Assembly: GCA_001642005.1 (NCBI GenBank)
Contig: LWCA01000089.1
Coordinates: 1 to 56,312 of the forward strand
DNA from: Intoshia linei
Taxonomy: Eukaryota > Animalia > Orthonectida
DNA length: 56,312 bases
Direction: 5' to 3'
Below, one piece after another: positions 1 through 11,714 of the stretch. The notes below the pieces were generated by a model that was given only the letters and a program-made list of their open reading frames with translations, did no database searches and had not been told where the DNA came from. A program made the position numbers and the translations under genes. Numbering within the stretch: position 1 is the stretch's first letter; the number at the start of each line of letters is the position of its first letter.

Positions 1-79
1 CTCCTGATGTTATTGTCATCATATGCTGCTCCTAAAATGAATTTTTTTCATCATTACTTAATTTGCAACCTCTACCCAT
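1..79 (-). mobile_element. 5' end of a degenerate Tc1/Tc3-like transposase, running off the window edge
   Basis: The minus strand reads MGRGCKLSNDEK, then frameshifts to KFILGAAYDD. This resembles the MGRG(K)xLSxxEK N-terminus typical of Tc1/Tc3 transposases. Very short. Confidence 0.35.
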
Positions 80-529
80 GTTATAAGTAAATTGTTATAA
101 AATTATTATATTTAGTACAATTAAAAATCGGATTTTTCAAAGTGTTTTTATAATTTATGGACACTCATGTTTTTGTATTTTTAACGTTTTTATTAAAAAA
201 CTTTAGTTAATTTTGTTTTTTTTTATTATATGACAACCTTACATTGTGCATGTCCAACATGCCAATTTTCATAAATTTAGATCTACAAATATAATGGTTA
301 TTAACAAAATGATAGTGTTGTTATAATTATTGGACGGAGTGTACAAAAAGTACGAAATAAAAATAACATTCTTCAGTGAAATTTCACTGAATTATATCAA
401 ATAAAGTTTAATATGAAGATGAAATTTGAAAATTTATCATTATTTATTGAGATGCTATTATGGTTTTTTTTTGTATATTTCTAATAAAATGATCCAAATT
501 TATTCCAAACTGACACTAAAATATATACT

Positions 530-2300
530 ATAATATATTTTGGATTTCTACTTCGTTTTTGGACAAATTTGAGGCTCTTTTGTATTTTTGTAAAGCTTTT
601 TCGGCTGCATTATTCACAATTGCAACAATACCAATATTTATTAAATTTTTATTTATATAATAATTGTGATTATTATACATTTGTTTAGCTTCTCGAACTA
701 TACCTTTGAGATGAATTGATTGAGTAGCCATCATTTCCTAACTTGCAACATTTCTTTGTCATTTATAGAAGCAACCTTGGGATTTCCACAGTTTAACGAA
801 TATATTATGTAACCATAATATATAAATACTATAAATGACTTCATATTTTCCGATTTGTTTATATTAAGAATGTGTGATTTTAAACAATAAATAATTTTTT
901 CCATATATCTGGCCTGAGATGCTGCACCAGGTTTTAGTAATTTTATTGGAGTACCATTAAAAATGCTTGACAAGAGTTTGCAGCATTCACTAATTTATAA
1001 GTACATTATACCGATAATCATCCCTAACAAAAAGGCTTTTTTTTCTTCAAATTTTTATTTAGATGGTTACTGTAAGTATGATAAATTGTAGGTGTATGTT
1101 GAGAATTATAAAATATAGTTATTTTTGTATGTTTTAGTTATTTTTTTAATAAAATCAATTTTAAGTATAGTGGGTTGATTAGAATAACCAATACTGAATT
1201 TAAAAACATTTTCTAATACAATTTCCATGATATGGTGCCTACAAGGCACTTCTATCAAATCTTGGGGAAAGTAACTCTATACATTTTACAGATCCATTAT
1301 ATTTACCAGTGTTACATGCAGTTGTGTTAAAGCAAATACCTATTACTTTACTTTTAATGTTCCATTCTTTTATTAAGTTTATAACGGTATTACTAGTTGT
1401 TATTCCTCTAGAGATATGATATTGTTGAGGGACTCCCAATATTATTTCATATTTGTCAATTACATTAATTGTCACAATAGCTATATTTTTTTCCCTTTAT
1501 CAAACTTTTTTTCATCATAATAGACAATTATATTATTTATTTTTTGTACATTTCACTGGGGGGCATTGTATGGAATACTTGGTGTATTTATGATTTTCAA
1601 GATAACCTTTTATTATATCCTTCCTATTGTACATTAGGATTAGCAAATTACTAGAAATCTGATTGCTCCCTCTTTTGATATTGATTTCAGTCTCTAACAA
1701 ATATATAAAAAAGAGTCACCACTTCTTAAATTGGCTCCATGTAATATAAAAGGCATACAAAACAGAGTTTGGGAGCTATCTGGAGATTAATGCTTAGACA
1801 ATAAGCTGCCTAATCTAAAGGTTTTGGTCGATTGATGTAATGGATCAGGAATATTTATTAGCTTGATATCTGATTAAATATACACTCTCTGGTGAAAATT
1901 TTGATAATGTATGCCTGACCCTTTTGGTTTTGTATTTAATAACGTGGATAATCCTCTCTTATCTTCCAATGCAGTTATTTGAACTTCTTTTTCTTGAATA
2001 GAGGCTCTTAACGTCTATATTTTTTAATAAGTATTCATTGGTGAATATCAGCATTTTTTTTATTTTGATCATATTTGAATAATAGAGAAATCGCATAATT
2101 AATCAAATAAATAGGATCATATTCTGTCGTGGGAAATCCTGTAAGTTCTAAAAATGTATGTCTTAAAGAGTCAACTAATTTGAAGTACATTATTCAACTT
2201 TTCCATATATTCTGCATTTAGTTTTAATTTCTTTAGAACTATGGGTTTTGTTTGCTTAGTGGGTATTATTTTTTTAATCTTGGGATTTACCTTCATTAAT
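530..2300 (-). mobile_element. Degenerate hAT-superfamily (hATm-like) transposase pseudogene
   Basis: Ordered motifs across frameshifts: ILGVP...EWNIKSKVIGICFNTTACNTGKYNG (1239-1475), PCRHHIMEIVLENVF (CxxH, ~1200-1250), KPGAASQARYMEKIIYCLK (RW-like, ~900-940) and IVNNAAEKAL (catalytic-E region, ~600). Ends not defined. Confidence 0.75.
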
Positions 2301-2419
2301 TCCGAATTTTTTGTACAGTCTTTTTTTGTCTTGTCAGTCTTTGTCTATTATTTTAATATTTGTTTTTTTAATTTTTGAGCGTGTGCAGTGTGCTGACTAT
2401 GTACACTTTACTTTTCATC

Positions 2420-3160
2420 TAAATTATGATAAACTCGGACTAGATGGCAAATCTATCCTTGATCTTATCAATATCCATGATTGTAATATGCACTTTAATA
2501 TTTTTCAACATTGCGTAGAGAAATATGATGCCACAAATCATGTCCGGGAGTGTGCAATCACCGTACACATCGTCTACTTTTATGGCTGGCCTGGCATCAA
2601 TATTGGCAAGCCACTTAACGTATCCATTTTCATTAGTACTGCTGTCAATGATGAACTCTTTCAATATAAAATATCTGCTCATAAAATTGTCATTATTGAC
2701 AGACAGGAACTTAACAATTTCGAGAAAATGTAACTTTATAGACCAATGGGATGAATAGCTTATCATATTGTCAGGAACGCTTTCAACTTTTTCAGTAGTT
2801 ATCAGACTACTCTCGCCAGATAAGGTTTCTCTTAGGAGTTTACCTCATAATTCACATCTTGACAGCAGATGAAATGGTGTACCCTCTAACATACTTTCGA
2901 CACTTGTGACGAAATTAGCACTCATCCCATGTACAAGTCTATTGAACTTTACGACAATTATATATTTGTCGGATGATCGTACAAGTTTCAACATGGTGCC
3001 AGCGCATTTCCTTGGCCGATTTAAATGCTGATGTAGAAGAATTAAATAGATTGATGTCGAAAATGCCAAAATAGTATAGAAATAGAAAACACTGAATATA
3101 ACTATTCTTCAAAAATTCGTAGAAAAAATGGACTGTTTGAAATGTCTGATCATTTGACAT
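2420..3160 (-). pseudogene. Possible endogenous mononegavirus/rhabdovirus L-protein C-terminal methyltransferase fragment
   Basis: About 220-codon intronless frame, GC-richer than its flanks, with one TGA. Motifs across small frameshifts: NSSTSAFK, IGQGN(A)GTMLKLVR, KFNRL, ESMLE, SRC, YFILKEF. These recall VSV L motifs TGAHYK, GDGSGGMTAALLR, IFNSL, PSALE, SRC and LIYKTY (from memory). Confidence 0.45.
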
Positions 3161-3313
3161 GACAACATTACTGCGGTTGCCTGCTCTGAGTATTTTTAAC
3201 GAACTTACATTTTATTGCAATTTGAAGTCTTTATAGTTATAAATTTCTTTATCTCGCCAACTTTTTCTAAATGTCATTTAAATTAAATTTTAATATTAGC
3301 TTATATTAACATT

Positions 3314-5940
3314 ATGTTCAAATTCTCAGAGTGCGTTAATGTTTTAGATCATTGCGATTTTACATTATTTTTGTACCCTCTCAGGTGTGGTATACTAGTA
3401 TGTAAATTCTGTTTGTTTAATTAATTAATTTAGAATCAACGTTCAAATCGCAAATCCAGTCAACTTTTGTGGGTTTTTACGCAAAATGGGACAATATTTG
3501 TTTACGATTACAAAACGGGTTGTATTTGTGCTGAACTGGTATCTATTTTAGATATATTAGTAAACTTTTGCTAGGTTCATTCTAATGGTGGTATATTGAC
3601 GGCAGCTTGTAAAGATGGCATTGTTTTTGTTTTGAATGACAAAGGATATTTAGATTTATTCGATACTTTCAAAGATATTAAAAATATAAAGTAATTTTAA
3701 GTATATATCTTGAATTCATGATACGTAATACATCACTACTTATTATGCAACTAATATTTTAATGAATTGAATATTAGGTAAAAATAAGTAATATTAATGT
3801 TATGTGATTTTGCAAAATTGTATATTCAATATTAAATAAAAATTTCATAGCTCATTTAGTCAGCATTATATTGTTAAAATGATCCATAAATTGTTAGAAA
3901 TATCAGAACCATAATAATAAAATTTACAAACTTATATTTGCTTATGTAGTCAGCAGTTGAGCTCTGTTCAAATGTGTTACACATGAGCTATATTAATATT
4001 GATATATTCATTTCATATTTTATGAATCTATTATACATAATTATAGTTTTATTTTAATATTTTTTTTTTTATCTAGATCAATGTATTTAAATATTAATTG
4101 TACGAGTATGAATATTATTGATCAATTTCTACTTGTTTGTAATCAAAATATTTTTTATTTTAAAGTGAAAGATTTAATTGATGGAAAAATTAAGAATGTT
4201 AAAGTAATTTTAATAAAAATAGTTTATATTTTAATTTAGAAATTAACGGGTCACATTGAACCTATTAACAATATTGTTACTTTGAACAAATCCAATTTTG
4301 CTACTATATCTTATATGGAAAAGTATTTGAATATATGGTATATTTTTTATTTCAATGTTATAACGAAATAATTAGGTCAATTGATGAATTTAAACCAAAA
4401 TCATTTACCTTTCAATCCGAGTGCATTTTAGCAAATTATGATGCACGAAATAAGGTATAATTTAAACGTCTAATGTCATTATTAATTTAGTTTGTTTTCG
4501 TGGTTTGTCGAGATGGGAAACTATATATTGTTGATATTGAAAGGTAACTTTTTAATTTTTTCAAGTTTTAATTATTTAATTAACATTCTGAGGCGTGGTT
4601 TTGTAATTTAATTTTATAAATTTTTTTGTAGCAATAAAATTGTATCTACAGTATCGATTGTTATTAAATTGTCAAATCAAGAAGCAGAAAATACAAATAT
4701 TATAAATTGCTTGATTTTTACTAATTTTTCACATTGCATTATTCAATATTATTACAAAGGAATGCATTGTTTTTATAAATGGGTACTTATTGTTATCCTA
4801 TTTTTTTAGTGTAATTAATACTATTATTTATTTAGAATTTTGATAACTTTAAATTGGATGAATATTTAATTATCGATAAAACCGATAAAGCTATTAATAT
4901 ACAAGTATATTTCTTGTACTATATTAAGTTTACATATCAATCTTTAGAATCAATACGAGATACAAATTACAGATTTAAAATCAAATGTAAATATTAGCCG
5001 ATTGGTTGACACTGCCAATTATTTATCTATCGATAAGCTCATTATTGAAGTATTTTATATAGATATGAATTATATTTAATCTATTAGCCGACCCTTGAAG
5101 AAAAATTACAAGAAAAGTACACATTCGCTCTAAATTCAGTTATTCCTAATACCGATAAAAATATAGAAAAGATTTACAAATTATTTGTTGAAGCAGTTTC
5201 CATAAACGATCAATATGTTTTGATGGTATTTTTTTATACCATACAAGGGAAATCTATTTAATTGGTCAATTTAAAAATAATATTATTTGGTGAAATTACT
5301 GAAACTGAAATGATATTCTAGTGATAAATGGGTTACATTGATCATGTACTTTGAAGCTTATAATTTATGACATAGTTTTAGGATATTATAAAGAAGCATT
5401 TAAAACATCGTCAAAGTATTATATCTCTTTTGAAAGTAAGTGAAATTAAAGACGTGATTTGTGGACTTACCGATTGTTTTGAAAATTCTCCTATGGATGT
5501 GTAAATAATATGAAATATAGAAAATAAATAATTTTAGTGGTGTTAAAATTTGTAAATGGATCAATTCTGTACATAAGGAACACAATAGTGTCATAATTAG
5601 TGTAATATTAATGTTAATTTTTTTACATTTATTTTAGTTTAACCACATCAATAATCAAATTAAAATTTTCAAGCAAATCTTGCATAGTAGATTAATGTGG
5701 AAGAGTCATCTTGCAGATCTACAAAATTATGTAAATCAATCTGTTGGACAAGTTTATTAAGTTTGTGACTTATTTTATATGTTAATATAGATTCGTAAAC
5801 CTGAATCCTCATTTAATATTACTCGATTACCTTACCAAATTTTTAAAATTGGTATGTTTTTACGCTTATATATTTTCTTATTATTTATATATTCTCGTTT
5901 AGATGATACTCAATGCAACCAAATTCAGATGGAAATTTAG
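3314..5940 (+). CDS. WDR43: WD repeat-containing protein 43 / Utp5, multi-exon; start codon uncertain
   Basis: Spliced peptides QLLWVFTQNGTIFVYDYKTG and KLTGHIEPINNIV...EKYLNIW (WD40). C-terminal Utp12-like domain LFVEAVSINDQ...GVKICKWINSVHKEHNSVI...ILHSRL. Stop TAG at 5938-5940. Confidence 0.7.
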
Positions 5941-6618
5941 ATTTATATATGTATAAAAAATGTTTATAAATATTTATCTTTAATATTTGTTGAGTCACTT
6001 TATTTTTTAGAATAAGATTTATTATTATTTTTTTCAGGGAAGGTCAAATTATGATGTATGCACTACACGTGACGTATTAGTAATTTTTATTAATTTAAAA
6101 TATGGCTAAGAAATTCTTACCTATATTAAATGTTAATAATTCAGTTTTCAAAATTTATTTTCATTTTCAGACCTAAATTCGGAAAAAATCACATTTACTG
6201 ATATCAATGATAAAATTAAAATATTCTTATTAATTAATTATAATTAATACTTCTAAATTTGTAAAAATATGTACAGGTGATCAATTTTTATCATTCAAAG
6301 TTAATTTAAAAAAATATTTCGTTTCGAATTATCTCAAAATAATGAAAATCTACTCTAAAATTGCTAACATAACGCATTTCTTACTGATATTAATAAGATA
6401 GTTTCAATTCTTTATTTAGATTACTTGTTTTTAAACTTTTTTTGACAGTGAACCAATTTCAAAAAGTTTTGTAAATTAAATTTATTAAGATTTTTAATTT
6501 TAAGTAAGGATTTATGATAAAAACTTATCAACAAAGTTCTTTTCGACAAATCGTTACATTTATAATTATGTATATTAGAATAATTACAATTCTATTTAAT
6601 GTGTAAATTTTGGTACAT

Positions 6619-6693
6619 ACAGTAAGCTCTAGTATATAGTCTATAACGCTCTGTAAAAACACAACTTTTGAGTTGTTATAGAGAGAGTTTACT
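6619..6693. mobile_element. Tc1/mariner (pogo-like) MITE
   Basis: TA|CAGTAAGCTCT...AGAGAGTTTACTG|TA: terminal inverted repeats (TIRs) with TA target duplication. Confidence 0.6.
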
Positions 6694-7014
6694 GTATTTG
6701 ATAATTATCAAAAATAGTAAGAAGTATTACCGCCAGACTGGCGCCAATGACCAATTATACAAAGTGCGTACGTAAATGATCGAATATTTTATAAATGTAT
6801 AATTAATGGCTATTAGCTAGCAGACTAACGGCCACTCTTTTTCATTCTTTATATGGTTAGGTTATTTTTGTTGAGGATTAACACAAGTAAAAGATTGTTT
6901 CTCATCTCCAAATTTTTAAAACATTCATAAGTACAGTAAATTTTATAAAAATCAATTAGAAACTTTTGATGACTACAACTTCGAAACTTGATATCAATGT
7001 ACTTAAAAGACAAA

Positions 7015-7267
7015 CATATAAAATTGTAAAACTTGCTATTAATGACAGATTTACGGTAATTAAATGTAATCATCATTTAATTTATACTAGATTCACGAGA
7101 GCGGAGCTGTTATAGAATTTGGATATAAAGGGAAACTTTACAGAGCACATTTTAAAAGTTGAAAAAGATTTAGGAATTGAAAGACAAATATTATTCGTTA
7201 TTATTGAAAAGAGTGATAGTTGGAGAGTTATATGTGTACCGGTTCGACTGGATTCATTTAAATCTAG
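7015..7267 (+). pseudogene. MYG1: Isolated MYG1 (UPF0160) gene fragment: two partial exons and one intron, frameshifted
   Basis: KIVKLAINDRFT | intron 7056-7090 | IHESGAVIEF (frameshift) TEHILKVEKDLGIERQILFVIIEKSDSWRVICVPVRLDSFKSR. This matches the MYG1 segment EEALAQRFQVDPSGEIVEL...KEHL...FVIY...WRIQCVP...SFQSR. No other MYG1 exons found nearby. Confidence 0.7.
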
Positions 7268-7899
7268 GTAAATTATATAAATATGATGGGAACTTTTTTC
7301 AGAGACGGGTCACATATTTGTACGAAAAACATAATCAGTTACTCTCGAAAACTATATCATTATGAAACTAAGCCGTATTCACCAAATGTTTTGTTTTTTT
7401 TAAAAAAATATATATATTTGACTCTTGTTGGCGTACAACGACAACTTGGTATAGGTTAAATAATTCTTAAATGAATCACTTTATCTTGCAAAAAAATATT
7501 CTATTTATGAATGATAAGTCCTAGAACAGAGGTGGGGAAGCATTTTCTGTTGGAAGGTAGCACTAACGTCCAAAAGAAATTTAACTTCAAGGTATGAATA
7601 CAAAAGTTTTAGATCATTGGGGATGAATAATAAATTTTAAACATATCTTATTTATTTTTGTAAAATCTTATGAATAAAAACCAAAATTTTACCAACCTTT
7701 AAGGAAAAAATTTCACATTACCAATATTTTTTTGAAAAATCCTATTTTACGAAACTTTTACATTAAAAGAAGCGAAGAGGGGCTAGGGACCATATTACTA
7801 TGTCTACAATCATTAGAGCCCAGAAACTAAAATTAAATGTGTAATACACAATACATCACTAATAATAAACAAAGATATAAATATATTTTATTGTGACAT

Positions 7900-8811
7900 T
7901 TATTTACTTTTTTTGCGAACATTTCGCATTGCCCATGACATTCCTTCCTACATGAAATGAATTAAAAAATCTAAAATAAAATTGAAACCTTTAATCCTTC
8001 TTTGGTAATGGCACTACAGGGTTGTATTTGCCAATTGTGGTCTCTAATAGTGTGCAATTCCAGACTTTCAGCTATAATGTCGGGTGTATCAGCTCCATCC
8101 AAGTCTTGCTAAATTTTTTTTTATAAACAAAAAATAATAACACTATTACTAGTTTACCTTATTGGCAAAAACTAGCACAGGAACTCCTGAAAGTTTCTCC
8201 TCTTCTAATAATTCATACAGTTCCTATATCGATAATTATAGATATAGTATTATCTTTTTCTTATATTTTTCATTGATTTATTCACATTAATTAATCAAAA
8301 CATAATATACATATACAATTTACAATTACTGAATGAGTTTCATCAAATCTAGCTTGATCTGCACTATCAATGACATAAATCTACATGTATTTGAATGTAA
8401 TCAATTTTTATAATAAATTACCAAAACATCGGTATTTTCATAATAATTTTTCCAGTATGGTCTTATTCGTCTTTGTCCGCCTATCATGAAGATAAATGAA
8501 TTAAAATTTATGAAACTTTACCAATATCCCAAACATTTAATTTATAATTCAGCTCTTTAGATTGAACACTTTTTACATTAAATCCCTAAAATTTTTATAT
8601 AAACTTTATTACGCCTTATTATACCTGAGTTGGTTGAATGTGGCTAACGTCTTCCGATGCTAATGATTTCAAAATTGTAGTTTTACCAGAGTTATCTAAC
8701 CCTAATAGTAATATGCGTAATTCTTTTTCTGATGATTTTAATCTTCTTAATAATGCCAATAAACCCTACGATATTAAAGTCATTTTAATATTTCAATATT
8801 TATCATACCAT
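7900..8811 (-). CDS. ARL3: ADP-ribosylation factor-like protein 3 (8 coding exons; first exon is ATG only)
   Basis: Spliced: [31 protein letters not shown]...PTQGFNVKSV...[21 protein letters not shown]...FANKQDL...WQIQPCSA...[15 protein letters not shown]. Confidence 0.93.
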
Positions 8812-8839
8812 GTCTTAATTTTATATCCTATTGATCGTA

Positions 8840-8899
8840 GTTACCGGTAAACATCATAATTTATAATAAAAATATACAGAGCTGATCAGCTCTGATCAG
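8840..8899. promoter_or_regulatory. Candidate ARL3 promoter elements: X-box-like site and an 18-bp perfect palindrome
   Basis: GTTACCGGTAAAC at 8840-8852 contains an RFX half-site (GGTAAC on the minus strand). CAGAGCTGATCAGCTCTG at 8877-8894 is a perfect palindrome. Both lie within 90 bp upstream of the ATG. Confidence 0.4.
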
Positions 8900-9293
8900 T
8901 TTCAAAACTAAGGTGATTTTTTTAAAATATCAATACATGATATTATTTGAGTTTGTGAACATTGGTATTGACATAACCATGATTAACAAAGAAAAGTTTG
9001 ATACTAATCAATGTTTTGACTGTTTTCATTTTGATTTCAGTGTACATTAAGCAGTGTCAAATTATTCAATCCAATGGTGGGTCCCTTTGAGGTTGCGAAA
9101 ATGATTATTGGATTTGAGAAATTATTTTATCAATTTCTAAACCCGCTGGCCGTATGTTGCCCATCTCTGCACTAGAGTCTAGCGACTAGACAGTGAAAGG
9201 GTTAAAAAGGGTTTAGAAAAATAGTCTTAATGAAGTATTTTAAATTTACAATTTATGACAGTTTGCATTTTTTTCATTTTTCTAACTTTTAAT

Positions 9294-10310
9294 CTAATTC
9301 ATTAAATTTTTGTGCAAACTTTGGATACGCTCATTGAAACACATAACCACAATGAAACTATTTGAAATTGAAATAGTTAAATTAGAAATTAAAGGACTAC
9401 CAATAATATTTTTCTTTGGTTTCACAGTTAAACCAGCCCGACGCAATGTACCTAAAACCATTTTTAAATCTCGTTTATGTTCTTCAATATTCTTAGACCC
9501 AATAACAATATCGTCTAAATACACAAACATTATGAATTCCCAAAAATAATTTATCCATTAATTTTTGGCACGTTGCCGGAGTGTTTGTCAAACCTTGCGG
9601 CATTACCTTAAATTAATAATGTTTATTTCCAAACGAAGTTGTAAACGTAGAAACGAGACACAAAAAATAATTCGAAGATACTAAACTATAACATCATCCC
9701 GCAACATCTGCTCAATTATTTTATTATGTCTCATCTCATCGTTTATATCAATAGAATATGGCCTCATCTTTTTAAATTCATATCCATCTCTCAATTCTAT
9801 CTTATGTTCAATTACATTTGTACGTCCCATCCTATTGGTAATAACATCCGAAAACTTAGTGACAATATCATAATATTCATTACAACATAATTTAATGCCT
9901 TTATTCATATATATTACATTTACTTGAATTAACTTGTAGTTGAGGGCGTCTTTGCAACCTATAATATTTATAGTATCCATAACAAAAAATTCAATATAAC
10001 AGTCCCTAGTACAGATATCATAATCGTTCAGATCATTTGATTTCCAATATTGCATTGGAATTTATTTTGCTTGACGGCTGTTTACTTTCAATACATTACA
10101 CAAATGTCTATTTGCTTCTGCTGTCACCCAATGAGTTTTAATTATAGCCTGTTCAAACCTTTTGTAAAATAAATCCACACTTTCCAAAGCTTCTTGTCGA
10201 ATATTAAAAAATTTAACTTCATTGATATAAGGATATTCAACTAATTTTTTTATAATTAATAATTCAATAGGCTTCATTAAATCATTTGTTTCTTTTTCTT
10301 TCATTAGATA
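9294..10310 (-). mobile_element. Degraded Ty3/gypsy retrotransposon (gag-like region plus RT fragment)
   Basis: GRTNVIEHKIEL...MRPY, MPQGLTNTPAT and FVYLDDIVIGSKNIEEH...LRRAGLTVKP (RT YLDD motif). Deletions and frameshifts present. Confidence 0.85.
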
Positions 10311-10849
10311 TTTAAAATCATGAGAAAGTTACAATTCTTTTAACATCACCCATTTTTGAATATTATTTGCAACTAGTGTATTAATTTTCGTTATTATCAA
10401 CTTTTAATTTATCATAATTGTATTTTGTAATATTTTTGATAAGAATTTATAAAGATTTGTATTCAGATTTAATAGTAAAATACAATTAATTATCGATAAT
10501 AAATTACAATAAAGATATGTTCCTCATATTTTATTGTAATATATTATAGTTTAATTTTGGGTTTTAGTAATTTTTTTTAAACCAAATTTTCAAGGGGAGT
10601 TTTTAGGAAATTTTTTGAACTAAACTTATTTAAAAATTTAATTATAATTAATTAATAATTTATTTTAAAAAAATCTTGAATATTCATTTTAAAAAACAAA
10701 TTGCCAGTCCACTATAATCGGATTTTTGTCTCTTATATCCGTCTGTGATTTATATACAAAACAACCGTTTAATCCCGTTCCTAGCTTTTTGTCCCTTATA
10801 TTCCGGACGTCTCTTAATACCGATGTCTCTTATAAGCGGATTTCACTGT

Positions 10850-11549
10850 ATATTAAAAATTATTTTTCACCGGGAATGTGTAGATTTTCTAATAGTAGTA
10901 GATAACCAGTTAATGAATTATTTAATTTAAACTTAAACAAAATAAATACGATCTTTTGATTTACGATAATGTGATTTACAATATTTTGAACGGACACGCT
11001 TTCCTACAGATTGAAATTTTTTGTATGTCTTGACAGGATAATAATCTACCATCTGTTTTTTTTAAATTCTAGAGCGTTTTCATTTAAAAAAGTAGAGTTT
11101 TAATCGTTAAAATTATTTTTTGAGGTTTCTATTTATAATAATGTTTATGATTTTAAAAGCTATCCAAGATTTTATGTTTAAAAAATTTTAGGACATGTTT
11201 CATATTTAAAACCAAAAGTTATTTAGGATTTTGAACATGACGATATGCGAAGATTAACGAAAATATTAATGATTTTAAAACGCGTCTCAGAATATATCTA
11301 ATTATTCAATGTTTGAATTGATTTTTTTAAACAAAAGTGAAAATTGGGTTTTTTGAATGCTGAGACTGTCAACCGAAAACCGCTCCACAAAGAAGGAAAA
11401 CCTTCAGTATGTATTAATTTGGAAACAAATTTCTAAATTTCAAAAAAAATTAAAAACAAGAAATTATATCGTAATACCGCCAAATTGAGTTCTTTAGGTT
11501 TAATGTAATGGTTACACACACAGACATTCATTTTTATATAAGTAAAGGA
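10850..11549 (-). mobile_element. Non-autonomous Helitron family copy (3'-truncated)
   Basis: Shares TATTAAAAATTATTTTTCACCGGGAATG and the CACAGA...TATATAAGTAA(A)GGAT terminus with the copy at 33467-34662. Confidence 0.6.
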
Positions 11550-11714
11550 TTATTTAGTTCACTTATTCTAAATTTAAGAATCAACTTTATTTACTAAAGT
11601 TTATATCCTTACATGACAACTATGTAGTAGCAATTATCGCACTTTTGAAATTTTTTACAAAATTATATATATCTTGTACTTAAAAATATTTACTAAATTA
11701 TATTTAAAAATTTA

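Noticed and set aside
2311-2758. + strand ORFs of 140 and 77 aa
   Set aside because: Most likely shadows of the longer minus-strand frame, with no recognisable motifs.
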